Below are positions 1 to 12,259 of a stretch of 57,329 nt of DNA, one piece after another (positions within the stretch are counted from its first letter, which is position 1; every line of letters starts with the position of its first letter). Both the position numbers and the translations under genes were made by a program. The stretch is from Octopus bimaculoides. Its lineage: Eukaryota. The stretch spans positions 6,701,646-6,758,974 of the forward strand of contig NC_069000.1 of the NCBI RefSeq assembly GCF_001194135.2, given 5' to 3'. Under the pieces are notes generated by a model, which had not been told where the DNA came from, ran no database searches, and saw nothing but the letters and a program-made list of their open reading frames with translations.

Positions 1-29
<29 letters not shown>

Positions 30-34
<5 letters not shown>

Positions 35-490
35 CTCCCTCTGAGAAGGAAGCTAGTTTCTAAGAAACATACAAAGTTCCGTCGCTGGAATGTAGATAAC
101 AGAAAGAACTTGAAAAATGTCTTGCATACTTGTACTGTTCTTCTTACAGATTGTATTTCTAATGTGCGAGTTAGCTGGTTGATTTCTTTTTCTGAAAACC
201 CTAGCTTTTCCAGTTTGTCATTCAGGCCTTCACTAACAAAACCAAGTACACCAAATATTATAAATATGAATTCATAGCGTGGTTTTCAAGCAGTTGCCCG
301 TAGTTATCCTCTTTCTCTTTGATTGTCAAAGAGATATTCACGGTAGCAAAGCAGATGACCTCTATTACCTCTCAAACAACTATATCTGATATGTTCTGTT
401 TGCACTTGCTAACAGTTTTGATGGGAATATTCCACCAATATTTCTTGTGCCGATGTTTATATATACATTCAATAAGAAGGGGATTGTCTA
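30..490 (-). mobile_element. 3' end fragment of an RLE-type (R2/R4/NeSL-like) non-LTR retrotransposon, degenerate
   Basis: Minus strand translates, with stops and a frameshift, as KYWWNIPIKTVSKCKQNISDIVV...IFGVLGFVSEGLNDKLEKLGFSEKEINQLTRTLEIQSVRRTVQVCKTFFKF. This matches the W-W-N/D...N-R-P-D-I endonuclease region and C-terminus of RLE LINEs. The 3' end abuts (TA)n at 1-28. Confidence 0.7.
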
Positions 491-1900
491 TAGTTACCCC
501 GAGACAGCTTTTTTTCTTCAGTTGGCCTTGAATATTGTTTTAGTGATAGCGTCATGGCGCATTAAGATATACCGTTATGATAAAGAAATTCACATGTGTA
601 GCCAACCATGAAGAACAGATCAGTGATACAACCAAATAAAATACCAATCCCATTCAAATGCCAGCCTGTACCAAAATAGCCATCTACTACCATTCATAGC
701 AGTCCATCAAACGCCCTCTGGCAGCACACACCATGAGTCTATCAGTTACTACTAAATTCAAACCACGACAGACGAAGGGGATGGCCTTGAAGTCGACGAT
801 TTTAAACTAACGGAGACAACGCTCGCATATCGCATGAGGAAACACAACTAGATCTCATTATGCAAACAAACAGCTGCATAATCAAATACCTGTACTCCTG
901 GAGAATTACGTTGCGTCGAAACAATTGTCGCGATTAAAAGATAACTGTCCAGCAGTACTCCTTCTTGTTGACTTAAATTACTTCAATTTTATTTTCATAC
1001 ACGACGAATGCCCAAACTTGGAAGAATCTAATACTACTACCGGATAGTACTGGGAAATTCTGAAGGTGGACGAGCTTTATACTGTACTCTACCACGTTCC
1101 TAACGGAATACATCGAATGACTGTGGAGGCCCAGCAGAGTAAAATAGAAATCAAAGGAGTCCATAGGTAAAAAAAAAAAAAAAATGGGTTGAGAACCACT
1201 AACAGAGCGTCCCACGTTGGCAAGAAAATTAGTTTAAGATCGGGTTTCAATTTACGTCATTACTCGACGTAACTTCTCCAAATCTGTTGATTTTTCAAAA
1301 GATTTTATTTTCACTGATTTCCACTTTCACAGACTTCCAATTGTTTCCTGAAATTTGGCATTATTTATAAAGTAAGTCAGTTTTTTCTTTTAATTTTATT
1401 TGACAAAAGATTTGTCATACAAAGAAAGGAGTGGATTGCATTTATGGCAGCGCCAATGTTTATTCTGAAAATACTAAAACGTTAACATATTTTTTTGTCT
1501 TTGGTTTCCATTCCTGGTTTAATTCAGTCAAACAAAGGCCTTTTGTGATGCTAAAATCCTTACTTTAAGTCGCCGAAACTTTAGGGTTATAACGGCAAAG
1601 AGAAAGATTGTGAGAGAGAACGATCAGATGAAAATGAGTTGAACAAGAGACAATTTTATTTCTCCGTTGTAAAAATAGACGATTGCTCAACACAGGCTCA
1701 TATTATATCATAACAACAACAGTCAGAAGCGTGTGACTTCAGCTTTCGCTGGGTCTGTACGAGATCTGATCAATAAGTATCCGGACTGTTGCTACAGTAA
1801 CGAAGCAAAAGCAGTGGGATGTTAACGTTAATGCAGCTGTCATTCATGGGTGTGTGCAGGCGACGCTGCATGCATACTTTCGTAAATACATAGATAGATG

Positions 1901-1932
<32 letters not shown>

Positions 1933-2060
1933 CACACATACACACACGCACGCACACACACATGCACATAAACATAACTAACTTTTAAAACACCGAGGAA
2001 GGGAAAGAAAGGTGGGTATCAGGAATACATAGCTTTAAGAAACACTGACTCACACACGCA

Positions 2061-2093
<33 letters not shown>

Positions 2094-3244
2094 CTCACAC
2101 ACACACACATACATACATATGTCTACTGTACACCATTTTAAACTCGTGATTACCTGTGTGTACGTTTGTAAATGTGTGTGTGTTTGTATGTTGCTTGTTC
2201 GTATATGAGTGTCATTCTACTGTCTGACTCTCCACTTTTGTAGGGTCCTCCCTGTTGCCGTCACATATTGTGAAATTTTAAAATTACGTTAATATTTTCA
2301 AATTTGGTATAATTGAAATAATTTTCCACGTTAAATCCAATTTTGTTATTTATTTGTTTCAGAAAAATTGTAGAAAAATGTTAATAAGGTTTAAAGTTTA
2401 ATCAGTTTTACCCAATCAGAAAACAGGATTTGGATGCTGACATTTTCTTCCTACAAAATGAAAGCAAAATGAAAGCAAAATCATTACAAGGAGGAATTTT
2501 TATTAAACAAACGAAAGCAAAGCATTACGACAGTGGTTCCCAACCTTTTCTCTGTCAAGGACCCCTTTTATCCTATTTTGCTATGGGGACGGATATGACA
2601 ACTCGGTGACAGGATGGAACTTTCTATCAAACACTGATGTTTGGAGGTGGGAATGGAAAGAGGGGGGGGGGCGACAGCGATTCTCTCTTCAGCAGCTCAG
2701 AATCACTGGAATTATTTAGAGAAGCGAAATGACTCACAAGACCAACCTCCTGAAACTGTGTCATTCAGCGTAGGAGAGAGAGGGGGAGAGAAGATGAGGA
2801 TGAGGGAAGATGATGAGGGGGAGGAGGAGGAGAGAAAGCGGGAGGGAAGGAGAGGATTTCCCCAAGAAATGATAAGGATCTATACTAGGAGGTGAGTGGT
2901 GTAGATGAACTGATATCAACTTCCGGTAAGATTTGACCGAAGCAATTCGTTGATATATTTAATTTTGCCAGTCTTCATTTGTGTATGCACGTGTCAGTGC
3001 ATGCATGTATGTATGTATGCATGCATGTATGCATGTATGCATGTATGTATGTATGTATGCATGTATGTATGTATGTATGTGTGCACGCGCGGGCGTGTAT
3101 GCATGTATGCGTAAAATACGTGATGTCTGTAAAATTGTAAATTGTGTGTTATATGCGATTTAAAAATAAATTTGACGCAACTCTTGAGTCACTTCAACAG
3201 AAAATGTTAGCTCGCTTTAAAACGAACTCAATTTAACATTTATA

Positions 3245-4169
3245 ATATACATACATACATACTTACATATTTACATACATACACACATACATACATACAT
3301 ACATACATACATACATACATACATACGTACATACATACATACATACATTCATACATACATACATACATACATATATACCTGTAATTATTGACGCACTGGA
3401 ATATGTAACACACTGCCTAAATACCAATCTTGAGAGATTAGGCTTCTCAAAACCAGAAAGGAGAAAGCTGATTCGAAGGCTACAAATCCAAGCCATAATT
3501 GGAACTGTACAAATCTGTAAAACTTTCCAGAAGTTTATCATTTAAGTATATATGAACATATCTAGTTATGCAACTATATGCATAAGAAAACATGCATAAA
3601 ACAAAACATACACTTTTGCACACGCACTGACTTCAAATACTGCACATATAAACAAATACATGCAAAAATACCCTGTTTTTGATGTTGAAATTCCAATGAA
3701 GGAGCCTTGGATCCAGGCTAGAAACCGGTTCTTTCTCTCTATTGGCAAGAAATCTTGAAATAAAACTGGACAACGATATACATGCATACATACATACATA
3801 CATACATACATACACACAAACATACATACATGCATACATACATACATACATGCATACATACATACATACATACATGCATACATACATACATGCATACATA
3901 CATACATACATACATACATGCATGCATACATACATACATACATACATGCATACATACATACATACATGCATACATACATACATGCATCCATCCATACATA
4001 CATACATGCATACATACATGCATGCATACATACATACATACATACATGCATACATACATAATACATACATACATACATACATGCATACATACATACATAC
4101 ATACATACATGCATACATACATACATACATACATGCATACATACATACATACATACATGCATGCATACA

Positions 4170-4200
<31 letters not shown>

Positions 4201-4275
4201 GAAATCATGAAATAAAACTGAAAAAATGATATACATACGAACGTACGTACGAACGTACGTACGTACGTACATGCA
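3245..4275. repeat. (CATA)n/(TATG)n microsatellite arrays with CATG and TACG variant units
   Basis: Directly visible. These arrays are the source of the MYVC/HTYI pseudo-ORFs. Similar arrays occur at 2985-3110, 4480-4520, 9519-9610, 13668-13730 and 53570-53600. Confidence 0.95.
3375..3785 (+). mobile_element. 5'-truncated RLE-type LINE 3' end (ORF C-terminus plus 3' UTR) embedded in a (CATA)n array
   Basis: 3375-3545 reads IPVIIDALEYVTHCLNTNLERLGFSKPERRKLIRRLQIQAIIGTVQICKTFQKFII*, homologous to the copy at 30-490. About 235 nt of UTR follow, ending GAAATCTTGAAATAAAACTGGACAACGATA, then (CATA)n resumes. Confidence 0.7.
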
Positions 4276-4994
4276 TGCACACGAAAGTTATACCGAAGTA
4301 ATACAAAATTGGACATAATATTTTGCTTTTCTTTTTCTTCCTTTGTCCCTTTTTTCCATTTTTTTTCTTTTAAATATAATACTCTTTAAATAACATAATA
4401 ATGTACATTGAACTAAACTTTTTTTATTAACTGTCAGAGGTCGTTCAAACCGCACGTGTTGGCGAAGTAATCTTTCTATGCATGCATGTATGTATGTATG
4501 TATGTATGTATGTATGTATATAATGCGTCGACCACATTCTTAACAATATCCCTTAAAATAAAATCCTATTTCCTATTGTCATGACCTTCTCATTTGCAAG
4601 GTCGTTTCCTGCGACCAATACGTACGTTCCAAATACAAAGTTGTTGAATGAAGTCGTGGGTGGTCGCGGTTGATTGTGGGTTGTCGTATGTAGTTGAATT
4701 TGTGAATGTGCACGTGTATGTATGTATGTATGTATGTATGTATGTGTGTGTGTGTATAGCTATTTATTTTGTTTTTAGTTATTTATTTATTTCCTTACAA
4801 TTTCATAGTAATAATAGTATAAGTTGTCACAACTCCCAGCTGGCTTTTTTTTTTTTTTTTTTTCATCAATTATTTGATAGTTCGTTTCCGACGACCAAAA
4901 TATAGATTTATGAATGAAACGTGGCCAACCTTTACTTTTTTAGTCGAGGGTGTGTTCGCTGGAGAGATGGACACAGAGAAAGGTAAAGCTGGGA

Positions 4995-5040
<46 letters not shown>

Positions 5041-5633
5041 AAAGAGAAAGAGAGTGGGGGTATTTCCTGCAATTCTTTGACCACAACAAAACTTGTGAAC
5101 CAATTACCTTCAAACTATCAACGTCAGGCGATGAATGGCCAACGCAACACTTGCTACTGATGTCAACGGAAACACCAGAAGCAAAGGAGAGCTAGAGAAC
5201 CTCTTTTGTAAAGTGGTTTAGACCTATTATTTACCGTCGCCAGTATATTTGAGCGTGTATACGTGCATACACGTGTGTATACGTGTGTGAGTATGTGCGT
5301 GCCTGTGTGTGTGAGAGAGAGAGTGCGTGTATCTTGTGAATTGGCTTAACTATGTCCAAGACAAGCGGTCAGCACCGTACGTACGTGTGTTTTTTTTTTG
5401 TTTTTAGAAGGAGAGGAAGGATATAAAGGCGAGAAGAAAGGAAACAAAGTAAAAAAAAGAAAGCAACAACAACAACAAAACCCAAAAGAACCCAAAAAGA
5501 AACCCAGAAAAAGAAAACAAAGATAAAAAGAAATAACTGAATGGACACAACTCGAAGAAGTATTGTGTGGGCACTTCCTTAAATAGTGGTGGCTATATTT
5601 GTTGGTTGTACCATTTATTATCATCATCATTAT

Positions 5634-5677
<44 letters not shown>

Positions 5678-5764
5678 TAATTTGATATCGGGTGAAACTG
5701 ACTTTTGACAAAAGGATGTACTCAATAAGCAGCAGTGCTGTACTGTATTTCCGACAAATTACAC

Positions 5765-5806
<42 letters not shown>

Positions 5807-5860
5807 CGCGCGCGTTTACATACATACATTCACAAACACACACACATATATTTATATATA

Positions 5861-6749
5861 CAGGGTGCGAAGGATAAACTGTCGCCATTTTATATTTTTA
5901 ACTTCGCGCACCTGCATTGTTTATTTTTTTTTATTTAATCGACCACACAACATGGTAGGGTCAGTTGAGCACCATCTGTGAGAGAAACAGCACTATGACG
6001 CAATTCACTCTGCCAAAAATTTGGAAACGACATGCTGTACTGCTTTGCATTTGCACTGGAAGCTCCATTACGAACATTTCAGAGTGTTTGGGTGTCAGTC
6101 TGAAGACGTGCAACCTGAAGACAAGCACCGAGAGTGATAAAAATCAAACATCCAGTCAACATCATTGTGTTTGGAGTGATCACTAGGGATTCGACGTTTT
6201 GCCTCCATCCATCTTCTCACACGGCCTCAGACTCAACACAGAGGCCTACATCAAGTGCCTGGAGGAGGTAGTGCGTCCTGGGTGAAGGGGATGGCTGCTG
6301 GAAGACCTTATTTCTGGCAACAGGACTCTTCACCATGTCACATGAACAGGAGAACCCCGTCATGGCTGTCAGACAAATTCTGCGACAGTATCATCCCTAA
6401 CACCTGGCCATTTGACTCCCCAGACTGCAACCCCCTTGATTATTATGTGTGGGGTACAGTTGAGTGAGAGACCGACAAAACATCTTGTAACACCAAAGAT
6501 GAACCGAAGGCAAAGATTATGGCAGCATTCACCAACTTAAACAAAGAGACCGCCCAGAAGAGTTGCAGGAGATTCCGAAGTTGTCTGGATACTGTGGTTG
6601 GAGCCAATGGCGGTTTTATTGAATAAATTAACTCTTTAGTATTTCAAGATATTTTTATGCGATTTTGGTAAATGTATCTGCTAAAATGAGATGTCAGTGT
6701 TATTTTCATTTTTGCGTATTTTCGACGACAGTTTATTCACCGCACCCTG
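5861..6749 (+). mobile_element. Tc1/mariner superfamily DD37D (maT) transposon, internally deleted, with both TIRs
   Basis: TA|CAGGGTGCGAAGGATAAACTGTCG ... CGACAGTTTATTCACCGCACCCTG|TA gives 24-bp TIRs with 3 mismatches and a TA TSD. Internal WQQDSSPCH...SPDCNPLDYYVWG has 37 residues between the 2nd and 3rd catalytic Asp. Confidence 0.9.
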
Positions 6750-7129
6750 TATATGTATAAGCATATACATATTCATTCACTGGACTACTAATTTTGATAA
6801 AGCTAGGCAACTTGTTTCACACACACACACACACACATACACGGACAGATACAAGCAGGCTATGAGGCTATGGTAAAAGACATTTCCTCCAAAGTGCCGC
6901 TCACCTGAAAGCGTATAGTTGTAAATCAAACGTCTTAATTTTTATGGCGAGATAATCACAGGTAAGTCGATATGTCGATCAACTGTGACTATTCATGCAA
7001 TTAGTGAAAGAAAACTCCGTCTAGGAGAGACTCATCAATAATATCAGACAACTGGAGTTTTGGGAATATAGAGACAATACAGACAGAGGTAGATCTTGTT
7101 TTTAACAGTTGACAGTAACTGAAGTGTTT

Positions 7130-7440
7130 TCAGTTTACGAGACCTTTTTGAAGCACCAAGACGTAGTTTACTGCTTATAATAAAGTTTTAATCTAAAATC
7201 TTTTACATAAAACTAGTTTACTGACTCCAAATGTAAACAACTTACTGTCAGTGAACAGAAATATGTAATGCATTACCCGTCAAAAACCGAGTTTACTGAT
7301 TATAAATGTTAACATTTTACAGGTGGTGAACTGAAATATTTAATACATTAAACACCAAAAGCTTAGTTTACTGAAGTAAACAACTTACGTGATCTAAAAT
7401 ATTTACTAGGTAAAACACTAAAAACCCAGCTATAGATACG
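7130..7440. repeat. Degenerate ~75-bp minisatellite (3 full units plus partial units)
   Basis: AGTTTACTGA starts at 7215, 7290 and 7365 (75-bp spacing). Each is followed by GTAAACAACTTAC or GTTAACATTTTAC and then GTGAAC.GAAATAT-like sequence. Confidence 0.7.
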
Positions 7441-8265
7441 GCACCTTTTTCAAGATTCTAAATCCGTAAAATAGATAGCAAAATTTTATGGCAAAAGTAA
7501 TAAGAAAACGAGAAAAACGAATATAAAATGTTACAAAAGGGGGTAAAAAAATGAAGACAAGAAAATGGCCCAGACTACACACTGTCGCAAATGTCGGTAA
7601 GAATTAGGAATTATTTGGAAGTGTTTTCGCTAACATATTTCTTGTTTTGTCTAAATAAAAAAGCTAAACTAAGCTAAAATAAAATAGATAGAATTTTAAA
7701 AAACGGTGGAAGGGAGGGTTGAAGAAACGCTATCAAAGAATTCTTTTGAATAATACTAACAGNNNNNNNNNNNNNNNNNNNNNNNNNNNNNNNNNNNNNN
7801 NNNNNNNNNNNNNNNNNNNNNNNNNNNNNNNNNNNNNNNNNNNNNNNNNNNNNNNNNNNNNNNNNNNNNNNNNNNNNNNNNNNNNNNNNNNNNNNNNNNN
7901 NNNNNNNNNNNNNNNNNNNNNNNNNNNNNNNNNNNNNNNNNNNNNNNNNNNNNNNNNNNNNNNNNNNNNNNNNNNNNNNNNNNNNNNNNNNNNNNNNNNN
8001 NNNNNNNNNNNNNNNNNNNNNNNNNNNNNNNNNNNNNNNNNNNNNNNNNNNNNNNNNNNNNNNNNNNNNNNNNNNNNNNNNNNNNNNNNNNNNNNNNNNN
8101 NNNNNNNNNNNNNNNNNNNNNNNNNNNNNNNNNNNNNNNNNNNNNNNNNNNNNNNNNNNNNNNNNNNNNNNNNNNNNNNNNNNNNNNNNNAAAAATACAT
8201 ATTCTTTACCATTTCTTCTCTCCTCCCTTTCTCATTCTTCACCTACCATCTTATTTCTCTCTCTT

Positions 8266-8302
<37 letters not shown>

Positions 8303-10374
8303 TTCCCTGTCCCTACTCTCTCACAATTCTTAACCTATCTATTCCTTACTATCAGAAAACATAATTCTTCAATGAAGACTTCAACCCGATCCGTTAGAGT
8401 TTCTCTGTTCCTCACCTCAGACCAATTTATTATTTCACTTTTAAACTGTTTATACCCAGTGATTATCAAACACAGGCCTTCTTCATGTGTTTTCCTTCCA
8501 TCCTTTCTTCAACTGTTTATACAAACTACCCCAACACTACGACCTCACACCATCAATATCTTCCTATGTTTACTAACAAACTTGCAATGTTTAGTTTTAT
8601 GTCTATAATTGGCAGGGGTTCAAATACATACACACCGCCGACTTTCTGAACATTGATGGTCCGGAACCTCTTATAATCCGCATTAATCTACGACCAGGAA
8701 CTCCAATTTCACACGCCCGCCAGACTAGTTTGCCAGTTATTTCCACCAATTACCGTTTTGCTCATTAAACTATTAATAAATTTGTATGACGTATACTAAA
8801 GTACAGACGCTTGCATTTCATTTAATTAAGTAAAATTTAGTGTTTGTTTAATTTAGAGTGTATCGACCATGGTGACCACCCTGGTTCGGAAAAATCAGGT
8901 ATCAAGAAAGGCTTTGGAACCGAAGGTTCCGGAAAATATACGTTGTACCTGTACCACCACAGCCAACAATATTTTCAATTCTTCCGAGGTTGATAAAATA
9001 AGAACCGGTAAAATACTGAAGCAAGGAAGCTTGGATGGCTAAGTCGATGGCATACAAGAACCAAAAGATCAAACATTATGTTACCAAGGTTTTATTCAGA
9101 TGCATAACGAACGAACTCATGCTGTGAGTATACAATGTTCGATAAAGTTATCTGGGATTGAAGAAAAAGGTTCTGAACATTTTGCTATGTTCTACGACGA
9201 CAGTGAGAAGATAGAAGGAATTCAAACTACAAAAATTACTTTCAGACAGGCACTAGGCGTAGAATACCATAGCGAGTTGATGGTAGGAAAGAATATCGAA
9301 TCCGTGTGCCTGGCTTTCACTCCGAAATTGACCTTGTCGTGACTTAGAGAAGAAGAGAGGAAATTCAATCTTGCTGTCTGTCTGTCTGTCTCTGTTTGTC
9401 TGTCTGTCTGTCTCTGTTTGTCTGTCTGTCTGTCTCTGTTTGTCTGTCTGTCTGTCTCTGTCTCTGTTTCTCTGTCTCTCTCTCTCTCTTGATATGTGTG
9501 TGAGCATNNNNNNNNNNATGTATGTATGTATGTGTGCATGTTTGTATGTATGTATGTATGTATGTATGTATGTGTGCATGTATGTATGTATGTATGTATG
9601 TACGTACGTGTGTGTGTGTGTGTGTGTGTGTGTGCGTCAGATCAGACCATGCTACTTCAAAGTGACTTCCTAACTGGATCACTTGTTATTGTTACCTTTT
9701 GCTGTTGTTGTTGTTGTTGCCTTAATCTAAATATAAAGGTGCCAGTCCCGGATATATTATTCTATCCTCAGACATTTTGGTCATGGTAGTGATGGTGATG
9801 GTAATGGCAGTTTGTGACGAAGGTGGGGGCCTTATTTAATCTTAACAACAACAAAATCTCGTCTTAATCGGAGAAAATATCGGTCAGATTACGCCACCAT
9901 TCGCCCCTCCCTCCCACCAACGCTCCCACCCACGCCACACACATACACACATCCTCCTGATCATCATCACTATCATCGTCATCATCCTCTTCTTATTCGT
10001 ATTCTTCCTCATCTTATCTCCATCTTAACACATCGCTAATAAACCCAAACCAAAAATTATGACTTCCTATTTTACCTAATCTTAAGAAAACACCAAAACC
10101 TACCGACACTGCTCCACCGATTTCCGTATATTTGGTGGGGATGGGGGTCGGAGTCAGGCGGTGGGGGTGGGGCTGGTAGGCGTTGTTGCTTTTGTTGCTC
10201 TTCTTCTTCTTCTTCTTCTTCTTTTTCTTCTTCTTCTTCTTCTTCTTCTTCTTCTTCTTCTTCTTCTCAAGACACCCACATAGTCCCTGTTATCTGCCTA
10301 CCCACGCGACCAACTCCTCCACTCCAACTTTATTCCTTTATTTCTTTGTAATATCTCCTTACCCGAGGTAAAAC

Positions 10375-10447
<73 letters not shown>

Positions 10448-11363
10448 CGCTACAATAATGATAAATAAAACATACTTTGTTATTTGTTTTAGGTTGTGAT
10501 ATTTAGTTCTAGATTTTGTCCAAGGTTTTCGAATCTTATTTTTACTTCAAAAGTGGAATAAATTGATTTGCTATGAAAGCGGCAAAAAGGAAACGTCTGA
10601 ACGTGTCCCCCACCTCACACCAGAGAAACAGTTGTATAGCCCTGAAGTTACCTCCACCACCACCACCACCACCACCACCACCATCACCACTAACACTATC
10701 TTCCAGCGGAAGAACAAACACAAGGGTGAAGTAGGCGATTGGAGGGAGATTTGGCTACCGTTTCTTAAAATATATAAAATTATGCGAACATATAAAGGCT
10801 TCGCTTGTTGGCTCAAATAATAAATGACTCATTCAGGTGTGAATTAATTTATACAGGTGTATATCAATTAATTCATACAGGTGTTAATTTAGAAGAGTAT
10901 TTTAAGTGCTTGTTAATGGACATCAATTTGGCTTCATATTTTTATTAAGATTTCTTGGCCACTCCTGTAACACCCTCAACTAATTAGGGTTTACAGGGGG
11001 TTGCAGGAATTTGCAAGGGGTTACAAGCAATAGAAGAAGGTCCGTTTAGTCTTCAAGTGAAGTTTCAGAAAAAGCCCCCTGGTGGCTGTCGATTTAGAGG
11101 TCTGATCCGTGGATTATTGCTGCTGGGGAAAAGCGAGACTTACTAATAACTTCCAAGTAGGAATAGCAACTCCTTTGAATGTCAAAAGATCACTGACCCT
11201 CAACCCTCAACCTAGATTTAAGCAAATCATCAGACGTTTTTCAATCACCTGGCGAAACAGAATTACGCACACAGCCAGCTTCATTCATTACCGAATGTGT
11301 TTTTTCCTTATTTAAAACTAGTGGTTATGATTTGAGAGAGATTTAGTTGTTATGTCGTGCGAC

Positions 11364-11417
11364 CACGTGGGGCGGTTCCTTAAATTGATATTGTGACGTC
11401 ATCGAAAGAACGGAAGT
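11364..11417. promoter_or_regulatory. CpG-containing promoter motif cluster (E-box, GC box, CRE, ETS)
   Basis: CACGTG 11364-69, GGGGCGG 11369-75, TGACGTCA 11394-11401 and CGGAAGT 11411-17 lie within 54 bp, 215-270 bp upstream of the ATG at 11633. Confidence 0.65.
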
Positions 11418-11632
11418 TGAAGAATCACGTTGGCATTCAAAGTTGAACGGTTTTTACGTAAAACATGATTTTGCCTGGGTAAATACAAAACTATGATTAA
11501 TTCTTATCGCTAAATACAATGTATTTGAAAATCTGTTTAAAATTTGTACAAATCGGACGAGAATACCAAAGAGACCACTTGGAATTCGTATTCTTTTGAA
11601 TTATAGTTCTTTTCTCTTTTCAAATTCTCAAG

Positions 11633-12259
11633 ATGGACTTTTTTATTACGTTTCTGTCTTATTATCTGATTACGGCTTTCATACAATATCTGTCAGGTAT
11701 TTTCCCGAGCCAGAAAAAGTACGTCACAATACTTCATGCAGCAACAGTTTCCATCACTATAATCATTTGGATAACTTGTTTCAGTGAATTAATTCTCCGC
11801 GATAAATGCAAACCGGCCATGTTTAAAATGTTAATGTCGTTCATTTTCGAAGGGCGCTGCGTTTTTGTTGAAAAGGAAACGTGGGATTGTATTGCTCATG
11901 AAAAGCTATCAGTGTATTTCTTAAGACCGTTGGGGATTGAAGAAAAAACTTTAAGAAATTTGATTTTAATTGCCTTGTATTTGTTCTGCATTCAGATTAG
12001 TGTCATTATAAACCACTATGAAATCGCAGGATTTATCGACCTCCTCGCTAAACTTGCCTTGGCTTATTTTGTATTTACACTTTTAGCAAGTTTATGTAGC
12101 ATGTTCGAACAGAAGTTTTGTCCAGCGATTACCTTGAAGGAATATTATTTTCTGAGATATTTAAATATATACACCGTACCAGAGGTTTACATTTGCAGAA
12201 TTTTGAAAACCATGAAACTCTTTGACCAATTTAGAATCGGTAACGATCTTTACAAATGA
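11633..12259 (+). CDS. Intronless 208-aa hypothetical membrane protein with about 4 hydrophobic segments; no recognised family
   Basis: 627-nt uninterrupted, non-repetitive ORF in AT-rich DNA. Kozak-like AAGATGG, in-frame stop 36 nt upstream, and AATAAA at 12287-92. Hydrophobic segments at about aa 3-24, 31-50, 110-127 and 133-158. Confidence 0.7.
   Translation: MDFFITFLSYYLITAFIQYLSGIFPSQKKYVTILHAATVSITIIIWITCFSELILRDKCKPAMFKMLMSFIFEGRCVFVEKETWDCIAHEKLSVYFLRPLGIEEKTLRNLILIALYLFCIQISVIINHYEIAGFIDLLAKLALAYFVFTLLASLCSMFEQKFCPAITLKEYYFLRYLNIYTVPEVYICRILKTMKLFDQFRIGNDLYK

Noticed and set aside
3263-4316. Long ORFs of MYVC/HTYI repeats, and poly-N/I/L/D/H ORFs elsewhere
   Set aside because: They are stop-free translations of (CATA)n, (CA)n, (AAT)n and (GAT)n microsatellites, or run through N gaps; no coding evidence.
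9040-9345. 80-aa ORF (9100-9342) in CpG-rich unique-looking DNA
   Set aside because: No recognisable motif, no convincing splice partners, and short enough to arise by chance; possibly a decayed transposon.
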